From an uncultured Ignavibacteriales bacterium (GTDB lineage: Bacteria; Zixibacteria; MSB-5A5; GN15; FEB-12): 64,000 bases of DNA. The stretch lies in NCBI GenBank assembly GCA_964396245.1, contig CAYNEO010000014.1:4315-68314 (forward strand), read 5' to 3'. Under the pieces are notes generated by a model, which was not told the DNA's origin, did not search any database, and saw only the letters and a program-made list of their open reading frames with translations. A program made the translations under genes and the position numbers. This document shows positions 1-8,962 of the stretch, piece after piece (position 1 is the stretch's first letter; each line of letters opens with the position of its first letter).

Positions 1-272
1 ATATTGACCGGGTCTTTTGCCTCGCCGGGAAAACCGGTGCCGGTGAAAGGCCAGAATTCAACAGACTGTCCGCCGAACGAGGCGGTTACCAGGCCGGATG
101 GTGCGCCGGAATTGACGATCGGTTTCGCCGCTGCCTTAAGGGATGCTATCTCCTGGTCGATCGATGAGATATCACCGGCGGCTGAATTCTTCGGATCGAC
201 TGATTGCGTACATCCGAATAGAACGAGCCCCGCGGCGGCGATGATGACTGTCGCGAACCAAAGTCTCTTCAT
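1..272 (-). CDS. putative lipoprotein, C-terminal part cut by left window edge
   Basis: Absent from the ORF track because it runs off the edge. Reverse-strand ATG at 270-272 preceded by GAGG. Translation MKRLWFATVIIAAAGLVLFGCTQSVDPKNSAAGDISS... shows a signal peptide plus lipobox-like LFGC and stays open to position 1. The competing +ORF 4..312 has no recognisable features. Confidence 0.6.
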   Translation of the reverse strand, partial: MKRLWFATVIIAAAGLVLFGCTQSVDPKNSAAGDISSIDQEIASLKAAAKPIVNSGAPSGLVTASFGGQSVEFWPFTGTGFPGEAKDPVN

Positions 273-346
273 CTCGTCCTCACTCTCTGTAATAGGTTTA
301 CCGTTTATCTGATTTGGGTTCACGCACTTTTGCCGAGCGAAAGGAA

Positions 347-362
347 AGCATAAGCGATGCCA
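347..362 (-). promoter_or_regulatory. candidate sigma-54 (-24/-12) promoter for the lipoprotein gene
   Basis: Reverse strand reads TGGCAT-CGCTT-ATGCT. The GG and GC dinucleotides have the exact spacing of the consensus TGGCAC-N5-TTGCW. It lies about 75-90 nt upstream of ATG 272, in the intergenic region divergent from a sigma-54 activator gene. Confidence 0.55.
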
Positions 363-414
363 GTCGAATGGTCGGGGGTGCGCATTCATAACCTGTTGAT
401 TTCGCATGCGTTGC

Positions 415-463
415 GATACCCGCGCAGAAACCGGTTCACCGTTCGCGTTGGTTAGCGGGTATC
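415..463. promoter_or_regulatory. 9-bp perfect inverted repeat, candidate activator binding site (UAS)
   Basis: GATACCCGC (415-423) and GCGGGTATC (455-463) are exact reverse complements separated by 31 nt. They lie about 55-115 bp upstream of the -24/-12 motif at 347-362. A related GCGGGTGGATAGCTGCTACCCGG element sits at 545-567. Confidence 0.4.
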
Positions 464-580
464 CACCGGACGATCCACGATCTGTCAGTAGCAGCACGAA
501 GTCAGTCCTAACCATTGCAGAGACAATGAAATAACATAGTCAGTGCGGGTGGATAGCTGCTACCCGGTCAAAAAACACAT

Positions 581-608
581 TTGACCTGATACATTTGAGT
601 AGTATCTT
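581..608 (+). promoter_or_regulatory. candidate sigma-70-type promoter of the activator gene
   Basis: TTGACC (581-586), 16-nt spacer, TATCTT (603-608), then RBS GAGGAGG and ATG 639. The same TTGAC-N16-TATCTTAA layout recurs at 24316-24343. Confidence 0.4.
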
Positions 609-638
609 AAATCATAGAGAGGAGGAGCCCCTTTCTCA

Positions 639-2225
639 ATGTCATCGGAATCAGTCGAACAGCCGGATCCAAAAAAGCTCGAGGCAGCTCTTAATGAGCT
701 CCGCGTGATCAATCGTGTTCTGGACAAAATCTGCCGGGCGCGTGAAACCAATCACATCATGTCAATCATCGTTGATGAGCTGGTGGCCTACACTCAGGCC
801 GACCAGGGTGTGATTCACCTGCTCACGCCCGGGACGTCCGATGACTTCGTCACCGTGGTCAGGCGCAGCCCGAACGGTCCGGAGGAGATTCCATTCACCC
901 TCAATAACCTCATTTGCGGCTGGGTGCTCAAAAATAAACAGACATTGAAGATCGATGACCTGACTTCAGATGACCGTTTCCCGGGACTCAGTTCAAAAGA
1001 TGGTCGCTTCAGCTCGATCCTGTGCTGTCCGCTGATTGTCAGGGGAGAGGTTATCGGCATTACAAGTCTAATACGGGGCAGCGTCAAAGGGCCGTTCCAT
1101 GAGGATCACGGCAGGTTAGCAGGCATTATTGCATCGCAGTCGGCGCAGATCCTGAGCAATGCGCGCCTGCTCGAAGAGCTCGCGCGCAAAACAGAATTGC
1201 TGGAATTCTCCCAGAAAAAACTCCACGATGAGAACATTCGGCTTCGCCAGGAAATCGGCGCCACGTACGCTTTCGAAAATATCGTGGGCAAATCCGAACC
1301 CATGAAACGCGTGCTGACACTGGCCTCCAAAGTCAGCGGCAATGATGCTCCCGTCCTGATCACCGGCCCGACCGGCACCGGCAAGGAACTTCTCGCCGGC
1401 GCGATCCATCAGCGCAGCAACCGTCGCGGCAAGCCGTATGTCATCAAGAATTGCGGCGTGAAGACCGAGTCGTTGCTCGAGTCGGAACTGTTCGGCCATG
1501 TGAAAGGATCGTTCACCGGGGCCGACCGCGACAAACCCGGCCTTTTCAGGGCCGCCGACGGCGGTACGGTATTTCTCGATGAAATCGGCGACGCCCCTCT
1601 CTCGACACAGGCTGCAATTCTTCGCGTGCTCGAAACCGGCGAATATCGTCCGGTCGGCGCCACGAAATCCGAGTTCGTCGATGTCCGGATTATCTCCGCC
1701 ACCAACCGCGATCTCAAAGAGTTGATCCAGAAGGGGCAATTTCGGCAGGACCTGTATTACCGCCTGAACACCTTCACCATAGACATCCCGCCGCTTTGCC
1801 ATCGCCGTGAAGATATTCCGATTCTGGTCCACCACATTCTCCGCAAGCTGAAAGTCAAACTGCAGATGGACAACCTCAGTATCTCTCCTCGAGCGCTGGA
1901 AGTACTGTGCAATTACTCCTGGCCCGGCAACGTCAGGCAACTGGAAAACGAGCTCGAGCGCGCCGCTATTGTCTGTGATACCGACGGTATCATAGAAATC
2001 TCCGATCTCTCTCCCGATGTGCGCGGGCTCGGAGTATCGGAACCCGAGGTGAGAGAGTACCGGGGCCCTCTCAAGGAGTTGATCGAGAAAGTCGAGCGGG
2101 ACACCATCGAAGCCTGCCTCGCCGAAACCCGGGGCAATATCCTCAAATCATCCCGATTACTCGGTCTGACCCGCAAGGGCCTCAAGGACAAAATCGCCCG
2201 CTATGGGATCGAAATCGAACGCTGA
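639..2225 (+). CDS. sigma-54-dependent transcriptional activator (GAF - AAA+ - Fis-type HTH)
   Basis: 528 aa. N-terminal GAF-like region. Walker A GPTGTGKE; ESELFGHVKGSFTGA (GAFTGA-type loop); Walker B GGTVFLDEIG. C-terminal HTH GNILKSSRLLGLTRKGLKDKI. Confidence 0.95.
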   Translation: MSSESVEQPDPKKLEAALNELRVINRVLDKICRARETNHIMSIIVDELVAYTQADQGVIHLLTPGTSDDFVTVVRRSPNGPEEIPFTLNNLICGWVLKNKQTLKIDDLTSDDRFPGLSSKDGRFSSILCCPLIVRGEVIGITSLIRGSVKGPFHEDHGRLAGIIASQSAQILSNARLLEELARKTELLEFSQKKLHDENIRLRQEIGATYAFENIVGKSEPMKRVLTLASKVSGNDAPVLITGPTGTGKELLAGAIHQRSNRRGKPYVIKNCGVKTESLLESELFGHVKGSFTGADRDKPGLFRAADGGTVFLDEIGDAPLSTQAAILRVLETGEYRPVGATKSEFVDVRIISATNRDLKELIQKGQFRQDLYYRLNTFTIDIPPLCHRREDIPILVHHILRKLKVKLQMDNLSISPRALEVLCNYSWPGNVRQLENELERAAIVCDTDGIIEISDLSPDVRGLGVSEPEVREYRGPLKELIEKVERDTIEACLAETRGNILKSSRLLGLTRKGLKDKIARYGIEIER

Positions 2226-2398
2226 CTTAACCCCTATCCGCTGCGCCACAACCGGTTGCTTCCCGCGTCGTGGCTCGGCCCATCGACCGGCCTGACGCCG
2301 CTCCAATGCCGAAAAATCCGGGTTAGCGTTTCAGGCAGTTTGGCCGTATGTTCTGGTAAATCCGGTTGCGAGTAAACCGCCGTTACCCTGTGGAGCCC

Positions 2399-3058
2399 AT
2401 GAAGACCCTGCTGATTCAAAAAGACATCAACAATACCAACATCGAACACTTTCTCGACATCGCCCGACAGAAGAAGACCGAACTCATTTGCTTTGGCGAA
2501 TTGAGCACCAGCGGATGTATGTACACCGCCCGCGAGGTCCCCGCCTTCGAATCGATTTTGAAGATCCTCGATAACTACGATATGCGCGTCATGCTCGGTT
2601 TGCCGCGCGTCACCGAATCAGGCACGTACAATTCATATCTGTACTACTATCAGGGTGAATCCCAGATTTACAACAAGATCAACCTGTTCCCCCCGATGAA
2701 CGAACCGACCGTTTACCGCGCGGGAACCATCCCTGGTGTCTTCAAGACCGACTTCGGCCGGATAGGCGTCGCCATCTGCTATGATATCCGGTTCCCAACG
2801 TTGTTCGATGATCTCAGGAAAGAACATGTCGACCGCATATTCGTCCCGGCGGCCTTTCCCCGCGTGCGTATCGATGACTGGAAACGGATACTCGCGGAGC
2901 GCGCCACACAGACCGGCGTGCCGGTAATAGGCATCAATGCCGTCGGGGATGACGGCGAAAACGAATTCGGCGGATCCACCAGTGTGATCGACGCCGACGG
3001 AAAAGTGATCCGGCAGGCCGGCGAAACAAAGGAAGAAATCATAGAGGTTGAATTATGA
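2399..3058 (+). CDS. carbon-nitrogen hydrolase (nitrilase superfamily, omega-amidase-like)
   Basis: ORF 2366..3058 trimmed to ATG 2399 (MKTLLIQ; GGAG 4 nt upstream). Glu-Lys-Cys triad contexts are visible: ICFGEL, NKINLF, VAICYD. Its stop overlaps the next start (ATGA). Confidence 0.9.
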   Translation: MKTLLIQKDINNTNIEHFLDIARQKKTELICFGELSTSGCMYTAREVPAFESILKILDNYDMRVMLGLPRVTESGTYNSYLYYYQGESQIYNKINLFPPMNEPTVYRAGTIPGVFKTDFGRIGVAICYDIRFPTLFDDLRKEHVDRIFVPAAFPRVRIDDWKRILAERATQTGVPVIGINAVGDDGENEFGGSTSVIDADGKVIRQAGETKEEIIEVEL

Positions 3059-4242
3059 ATCGCGAACTCGACGACGTAGTTTTTTCGGGAATCGTGGCGG
3101 TCAGGGACCGACTGCTGCAACTACCCGACCCCCTGCGGCTGGAATCGGGCGAGCCGAGCTTCGATACGCCGCCCCATATCAAGGATGCCATGAATCGCGC
3201 CATGGTCGATAACCAGACCCACTACGCGCCGTCGACCGGAATCAAGCCGCTCAAGGAAGCGATCCTCAGGAAGGTCAGCGAAAAAAACGGAATCGGCTAC
3301 CTCGACGGAATCGACAAGGTCACGGTCACCAACGGCGGCATGCACGCGCTTTTCTGCACGATGCAGACCATCCTGAACCCGGGCGATGAGGTCATCCTGC
3401 CACAGCCCAACTGGACCGCGACAGCGTGGATTATCCGCCTGACCGGTGCGAAGCTGTCATTCGTCAAACTTCGCCCCGAGCTGGCTTACCGCTGGGATAT
3501 CAAGGAACTCGAAGAAAAAATAACCCCCAGGACAAAAGCGGTGCTGATCAACTCGCCCCACAATCCGACCGGCGGCGTGATGACCCGGCAGGACTTGACC
3601 GACCTTCTCGAGGTCGCCGCCCGGCACGGTTTGTATGTCATTTCCGATGAAGCGTACGAGGATATCATCTATGATCAGCAACACGTGAGTATCGCCTCAC
3701 TGGCCGGTGACCTCGACAGCGGGGTCCGCGACCGCATTATTTCCTGTTTCACCTTCTCGAAAAGCTACGCCATGACCGGCTGGCGTCTCGGCTACACCGT
3801 GTGCAGCTCGAAATGGTTTGCCGACAATGTCAAGAAGCTCATCCTGTATACGATCAACGGCGTCTCGACCCCGACCCAGCACGGCGGCATCGCCGCGCTC
3901 GAGGGACCGCAGGACTGTATCGCCGAGATGCGCGACGCCTACCGGGGGCGACGCGACCTGCTTTTCGACGGCGTGAACCGGACCTCGCTCCTTCACTGTG
4001 ACACCCCGCCCGGAGGCGCGTTCTACCTGTACGCCCGGGTATCAGATGAGTGGTCCGGAACCGCCTGGGATCTGACAAATCATCTCATCGATAAATACTC
4101 GCTTGGTTCGGTGCCGGGTGATATATTCTATGATGACGAGAAATCGATCCGTTTTTCCTATGCCTGCGCGACGGATATGATCAAACGCGCTATCGGAAAT
4201 CTCACCGGCTCGCGCGAGCCGAGCGCAGCCGCCGAGAAGTAG
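3055..4242 (+). CDS. class I/II pyridoxal-phosphate aminotransferase
   Basis: 395 aa. NSPHNPTG motif and PLP-lysine motif SFSKSYAMTGWRLGY. Translationally coupled to the upstream hydrolase. Confidence 0.95.
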   Translation: MNRELDDVVFSGIVAVRDRLLQLPDPLRLESGEPSFDTPPHIKDAMNRAMVDNQTHYAPSTGIKPLKEAILRKVSEKNGIGYLDGIDKVTVTNGGMHALFCTMQTILNPGDEVILPQPNWTATAWIIRLTGAKLSFVKLRPELAYRWDIKELEEKITPRTKAVLINSPHNPTGGVMTRQDLTDLLEVAARHGLYVISDEAYEDIIYDQQHVSIASLAGDLDSGVRDRIISCFTFSKSYAMTGWRLGYTVCSSKWFADNVKKLILYTINGVSTPTQHGGIAALEGPQDCIAEMRDAYRGRRDLLFDGVNRTSLLHCDTPPGGAFYLYARVSDEWSGTAWDLTNHLIDKYSLGSVPGDIFYDDEKSIRFSYACATDMIKRAIGNLTGSREPSAAAEK

Positions 4243-4284
4243 ACCGACTCCGATTGGCGGTAAAGTGATACAGCTGGAGGGTGA

Positions 4285-5031
4285 ATGGACCATGCCATCG
4301 TCGAGGAACACGGCGATATAGCCGTCTTGCGCCTGAACAACGGCGTAACCAATGCTATCAACGGCGCCACCGTGCACAATCTCTCGGAGGCGTTCGATGA
4401 AATCGAAAACAGCTTTCGGGGATTGGTCTTGGCCGGCGGCGAGAAATTCTTCTCCATCGGTTTCGACCTTCCCACCATACTTCTTTTCACCCGTTCTGAG
4501 ATGGCGGAGTTCTTTGCCGATTTCAACGCCCTCTCGGCCGGCCTCTACACCTGTGGCGTCCCGACCTGCTGCGCCCTCCGCGGGCACGCGACAGCCGGCG
4601 GCTGTATCCTGGCGCTCGCCTGTGATTACCGTATCGCCGCCTCCGGAAGAAAACTAATCGGGTTGAACGAGGCAAAGCTCGGCGTGCCGGTGCCGTTTTT
4701 CGCCGATCTCCTCCTGCGACAACTTGTCGATGACCGCGTCGCCACCGATATGCTCTACACCGGCGAGTTCCTCACCTCCTCCGAGGCCGAACAGGTCGGG
4801 CTGATCGACCTCGTGTGCGATCAGGAGGAGGTCGAGCAGCGCGCGATTGAGAAAGTGCAAGCCCTGACCACGGTCTCCGGGTCCGCCTTCAAGGCCATCA
4901 AGTCCAACCGCGTTGAAGCCGTCATACGCCGGTATGATCGGCAACGGGAAGCGAAGGACGGCTATTTTCTGGATTGCTGGTTCAGCGATACGGCGCAAAT
5001 GGCGCTCAAGGAAGCCTCGGCCAGATTCTAG
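4285..5031 (+). CDS. enoyl-CoA hydratase/isomerase (crotonase) family protein
   Basis: 248 aa. Crotonase-fold pattern: VLRLNNGVTNAI, GGEKFFSIGFDL, GHATAGGCILALACDYRIA. RBS GGAGG. Confidence 0.9.
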   Translation: MDHAIVEEHGDIAVLRLNNGVTNAINGATVHNLSEAFDEIENSFRGLVLAGGEKFFSIGFDLPTILLFTRSEMAEFFADFNALSAGLYTCGVPTCCALRGHATAGGCILALACDYRIAASGRKLIGLNEAKLGVPVPFFADLLLRQLVDDRVATDMLYTGEFLTSSEAEQVGLIDLVCDQEEVEQRAIEKVQALTTVSGSAFKAIKSNRVEAVIRRYDRQREAKDGYFLDCWFSDTAQMALKEASARF

Positions 5032-5144
5032 TGCCCCCGAACGCTACTGATTCTCAGCCCGGCCGCGCAACCTCTCGTGTCCGCCTTCGTACATAAATCA
5101 TGGAGCAATAAGTCCTATAACCCGAACAGGAGGAAAACCGGCAA

Positions 5145-6425
5145 ATGAGCAAATTGTTATCGGTTGTAACAGTATTGCTCGGGGTGTTAATGCTAACGGG
5201 CGCGGCCGTCGCCCAGGACACAGCAAACACGGTCACAGTCTCACCGATAAACGACCATCTCTACATGATCACATGCCTTGGCGGCGAGGAACTCAATCTC
5301 CCTCCGTACACGGCCAACATCATTGCTTCCGTCGGACCGGATGGTCTGTTGCTGATCGATGACGGCTTTCGGTCGACAGCAGAGGAACTCCGGGACACGC
5401 TGATGCGACTCAGTCCCGCCGGCAAGCGGATAATCATCAATACCCATTATCACGGCGACCACGTCTCGGGCAACCAGGCGCTGCGGGACAATGCCGTCAT
5501 TCTGGCTCATCGCAACGTGTTGGATCGTCTGTCCGGGTACTACTTCAACCTTCCCGGTCCGCCCGATCCGAACCGGCCGCATGTCGGCTTCGACGACTCC
5601 CTTGTCCTGCATTTCAACAATGAAACCGTCCGCGTCATCCACGCGCCGGGCTGTCACACCGATGGTGATGTATACGTGCACTTTGTCGAATCCAACATTG
5701 TCTTCGTTGGCGACCTCGTGTTCGCGGATGCCACCCCCTATGTCGATCTCGGGGCGGGCGGAAGCGTGAAAGGCTCCATCGTCCAGGTCAACAATTTCAT
5801 CGACGAATACTCCGACGACATCACATTCATTCCGGCGCACGGCCGACCGTGTACGCGGGATGATCTGCGGGAATACGTCGGCATGCTGACCGGCACCACC
5901 GAGGCCGTGCGGGCCGCAATCGCCAAAGGTCAAACGGTCGATCAGATGGTGGAATCCGAAGTGCTGGCTGCTTACAAGAGTTGGGAAGGGAACTTTCCGA
6001 CTACTTCTCTTGCCATGTGGACCCGGACGGTCAATACCGAACTCAGGGATTTGGTGAACGCCAGGCCTTCGGTGTGCGATCCGCTGACAGCCACGCTCGT
6101 CGACGGGACGGGCAGGGATGCTGTCGGCCATTACCATAAACTGAAAGCGGCGGCCGCCGATGCGTACAATTTCAGCGAACGGCAGATAAACATGCTCGGC
6201 TATCAGCTGCTGTTCAGAGACCGTGTCGACGACGCGGTTGCCGTGCTGAAACTGAACATGGAGGAATACCCGGAATCGTTCAATGTGTACGACAGCTATG
6301 GCGAGGCGCTGATGATCAGCGGCGACACGGCCAATGCCATTGTCAATTACGAAAAATCGCTTGAGCTGAATGCCGATAATACCAACGCTACCGACATGCT
6401 GAAAAAACTCCGCCACGAGTTGTAA
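5145..6425 (+). CDS. secreted MBL-fold metallo-hydrolase with C-terminal TPR-like region
   Basis: 426 aa. Signal peptide (LLGVLMLTGAAVAQD), HxHxDH motif (HYHGDH), TPR-like C-terminus (YEKSLELNADNTNA). RBS AGGAGGA. Confidence 0.9.
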   Translation: MSKLLSVVTVLLGVLMLTGAAVAQDTANTVTVSPINDHLYMITCLGGEELNLPPYTANIIASVGPDGLLLIDDGFRSTAEELRDTLMRLSPAGKRIIINTHYHGDHVSGNQALRDNAVILAHRNVLDRLSGYYFNLPGPPDPNRPHVGFDDSLVLHFNNETVRVIHAPGCHTDGDVYVHFVESNIVFVGDLVFADATPYVDLGAGGSVKGSIVQVNNFIDEYSDDITFIPAHGRPCTRDDLREYVGMLTGTTEAVRAAIAKGQTVDQMVESEVLAAYKSWEGNFPTTSLAMWTRTVNTELRDLVNARPSVCDPLTATLVDGTGRDAVGHYHKLKAAAADAYNFSERQINMLGYQLLFRDRVDDAVAVLKLNMEEYPESFNVYDSYGEALMISGDTANAIVNYEKSLELNADNTNATDMLKKLRHEL

Positions 6426-6474
6426 CCGGATAACCCCGGCATTCAGCAAGCGGGATGGCGGATCACCGGCGAGT

Positions 6475-8028
6475 TCATTCACGCTGTGATCCGCTTTTCA
6501 TTATCGCGGCAAGCGAATCGATTTTCCTGAGCATGGCCGGGTCGAACCGCGCACCTTCAGATTCCGGGGCCTCCGACACTATCCGCTCATAATACATGAA
6601 GAAAAACGGACTTCCCTGCTGCAGCAGCTTACCGAGCATAGCGTGACCGCCGCGATCGACTATTTGCCGGCTCATCGCATAACCAAGACCGTAGAACGGT
6701 CCGTTGGATTTGAGCCCCCGGTTGAGCAGAGACTCGGCCGTATCGAGATTATGAGCGACATACGCCGCGGTATACAGCGAATCGAGAATACTGTATCCCG
6801 TCTGCATCTTTAGCGTCTCGTCCCACGTGCTGTCAACGCCGCCGACATAGGTCGCCGTCCCTTCGAGCATCACGTAACTGATCGTCTCATAGAACTTCCG
6901 GTCGTCCGGGGACTTAAACCCGTAGAACACGAGGTCATCGAAAGAAGTGGGAGACCGTGACACCCGGGAAGAATCCACCGGGCAGATGCGCAGTTGAAGC
7001 CGATGAAATGTCTCGTGCGTGATCGAGCGGAGCATCTGTGAGTACCGGTCCTTGAACTGCACGATATTCGTTCCGAGACCATACGAAGTTGCCCAGCTCC
7101 GGATTCCCCAGTTGACCGCGAAACCGATACGTTCCGAGAAAGCGATGTCTGCCGGCGCGAACTCGTACATGCGGCCGAGTATATAGTCTCCAATATCGCC
7201 GCGGTGCGTTTCAAGATTCACCAGCAGGCGCGCATACTGCACACGATTCAGGTACAGATCGGCCAGGCAGAAATCATTCCACGGATTCAGCCACTTCCAT
7301 ACCTGGTCGACCGGCGCCGTACTCGCCGAGCGAAAAATGAACTCGGCCATGTCGCCGGTGTCGGGCAACGGTTCGGGAACGTAGCCAAGGTTGCGGCGAT
7401 GCTCCAGCATATTGACCACGATGCCCGTTGCCGCAAGTGAATCCGCTTCCTCGCGGGTAGTCGTGCCCCGGTCATACAAGTCCAGCAGGGAGTGAATCAG
7501 ACTCAGGTCGATGTCAACCGACCACCGCGGGGGGCGGGTATACGTCTCCGGGAGCGAAAACGCCTCGCCGGAAAAGTCGAGCGGGTACTGGAAATTCGAC
7601 CCGGCGATGATCGTGGAGTTATGATCCCTAATACCGGACAAAAAGACAGCGCACTCGAGAATGCCCTCAAAGTCCTCAGGCACCGGAATTGTGTTCGAAT
7701 CGGCAAAGTATTGCGGGATGATCCCGTAGAAGCCGCCGCCCCGCTCGGACTGATTCTTTTCGATCGCAGACAGCCGATAAATGTCATCAGGCTGCTTCAA
7801 ACGAGACAGCTGACCCAGCAGAAACCGCGCATCCTCCATGGAGAGACTCGCCTGCAGCGAGTCGATCTTCGCGGTTACCGACGGTGATTTCAGCTCCAGG
7901 CGCAAGTCATCCCACTGCCATTCGGACTGGAAATCGAATGGACCCTTACGATCTTTTTCCTCCGAGACTACCGCACCGGCCAGGACTACTGCCGATGCGG
8001 CGACGACAGCTAAACAGCGCGAAAGCAT
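6475..8028 (-). CDS. secreted hypothetical protein with HExxH zinc-protease-like motif
   Basis: 517 aa. N-terminal signal peptide (AVVAASAVVLAGAVV). A single HExxH (ITHETFHRLQ). No other family recognised. Starts 31 nt downstream of the DsrE-like gene on the same strand. Confidence 0.8.
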   Translation of the reverse strand: MLSRCLAVVAASAVVLAGAVVSEEKDRKGPFDFQSEWQWDDLRLELKSPSVTAKIDSLQASLSMEDARFLLGQLSRLKQPDDIYRLSAIEKNQSERGGGFYGIIPQYFADSNTIPVPEDFEGILECAVFLSGIRDHNSTIIAGSNFQYPLDFSGEAFSLPETYTRPPRWSVDIDLSLIHSLLDLYDRGTTTREEADSLAATGIVVNMLEHRRNLGYVPEPLPDTGDMAEFIFRSASTAPVDQVWKWLNPWNDFCLADLYLNRVQYARLLVNLETHRGDIGDYILGRMYEFAPADIAFSERIGFAVNWGIRSWATSYGLGTNIVQFKDRYSQMLRSITHETFHRLQLRICPVDSSRVSRSPTSFDDLVFYGFKSPDDRKFYETISYVMLEGTATYVGGVDSTWDETLKMQTGYSILDSLYTAAYVAHNLDTAESLLNRGLKSNGPFYGLGYAMSRQIVDRGGHAMLGKLLQQGSPFFFMYYERIVSEAPESEGARFDPAMLRKIDSLAAIMKSGSQRE

Positions 8029-8059
8029 GTCGGAAGACTATTCTCGCGGCAGACTTTTG

Positions 8060-8611
8060 TCAAGGCATTAGGGCATAGCCCATCAACTGGTATGTGGGCA
8101 GGACAACCTGCGCGGAGAGCGCAATGGTGATATCCTTGTTCACCCAGTCGTGCTGGTACTCGAAATCACCCAGTGACTGCCCGCAGACATACAGTTGCAC
8201 ACCGGCCTTCTTGAGTTCGCTGATAAGCTTGATATTCGGGTTATCCTTACCGAACTTCGCCTTGTACTGGTCATTGTTCAGCACGATGGGCGTCGCCGCG
8301 CTGTGAATGATTGCAACCACTTTCATCTTGTCCGGCTTCATTCCCGCGACCGCAAACACGTTGACAAGACGGCCGACATGAGCCAGCTGAAAGTTGTACT
8401 TGTCGGCTCCTTCGGTCTTGTCCATGCCGACGTCGCAGATAATCTTGTACTGCAGGCTGGTATCGGGCTGAACGGCGGCATCCGGCAGCGGAATTGCCGG
8501 GCCGTAACCTTCGATGACCGGATATTGCCAGTTTGGCTTCTGCGCCGTTGCGACGCACGAAATGCCGGCGACAACTGCCACCGCGACAATCAAGCGTACT
8601 GCTGCTTTCAC
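8060..8611 (-). CDS. secreted DsrE/DsrF-like family protein
   Basis: 183 aa. GTG start with AGGAGG 5 nt upstream; signal peptide. KVVAIIHSAATPIVL and VQLYVCGQSL resemble the DsrE-like fold. Family call is from memory. Confidence 0.75.
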   Translation of the reverse strand: MKAAVRLIVAVAVVAGISCVATAQKPNWQYPVIEGYGPAIPLPDAAVQPDTSLQYKIICDVGMDKTEGADKYNFQLAHVGRLVNVFAVAGMKPDKMKVVAIIHSAATPIVLNNDQYKAKFGKDNPNIKLISELKKAGVQLYVCGQSLGDFEYQHDWVNKDITIALSAQVVLPTYQLMGYALMP

Positions 8612-8962
8612 AACTACCTCCTGAAAAAAACGGATATGCTGTTTGCCACTGGTGATCGAAGATGAGAATAGCGGGGTGGTCCCGTTGAGGTTATGTGGTG
8701 CTGAACCGTTCGGTGTTCATGCCACTTACGCCGTCGGTCGGTCGATGGGCGGGCGGTGAGTTGACGGCCTGTCTTCCAGAAACAACCCTTCGCGAACAGC
8801 GGTTCCGGGATTCGTCCTGAGATCCTGAGGCACCGCTGGAAAACGCAATGATCGGCCGGCGAACACGGATTATCCGGGTCCCCGAAGTTTATGGTTGACA
8901 TACTATCAAACAACCGGCCAACTTGACGTCATATCCCATCCATAAACAGGAGGAATCGTCAC

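Noticed and set aside
4-312. +strand ORF of 102 aa at the left edge
   Set aside because: It is antisense to a better-supported minus-strand gene that has an ATG, an RBS, a signal peptide and a lipobox. Its own translation has no recognisable features and no RBS.
5241-6482. 413-aa minus-strand ORF
   Set aside because: It is fully antisense to the MBL-fold hydrolase, which has HYHGDH, a signal peptide and an RBS. Its R/G/D/H/V-rich composition is typical of a shadow frame in GC-rich coding DNA.
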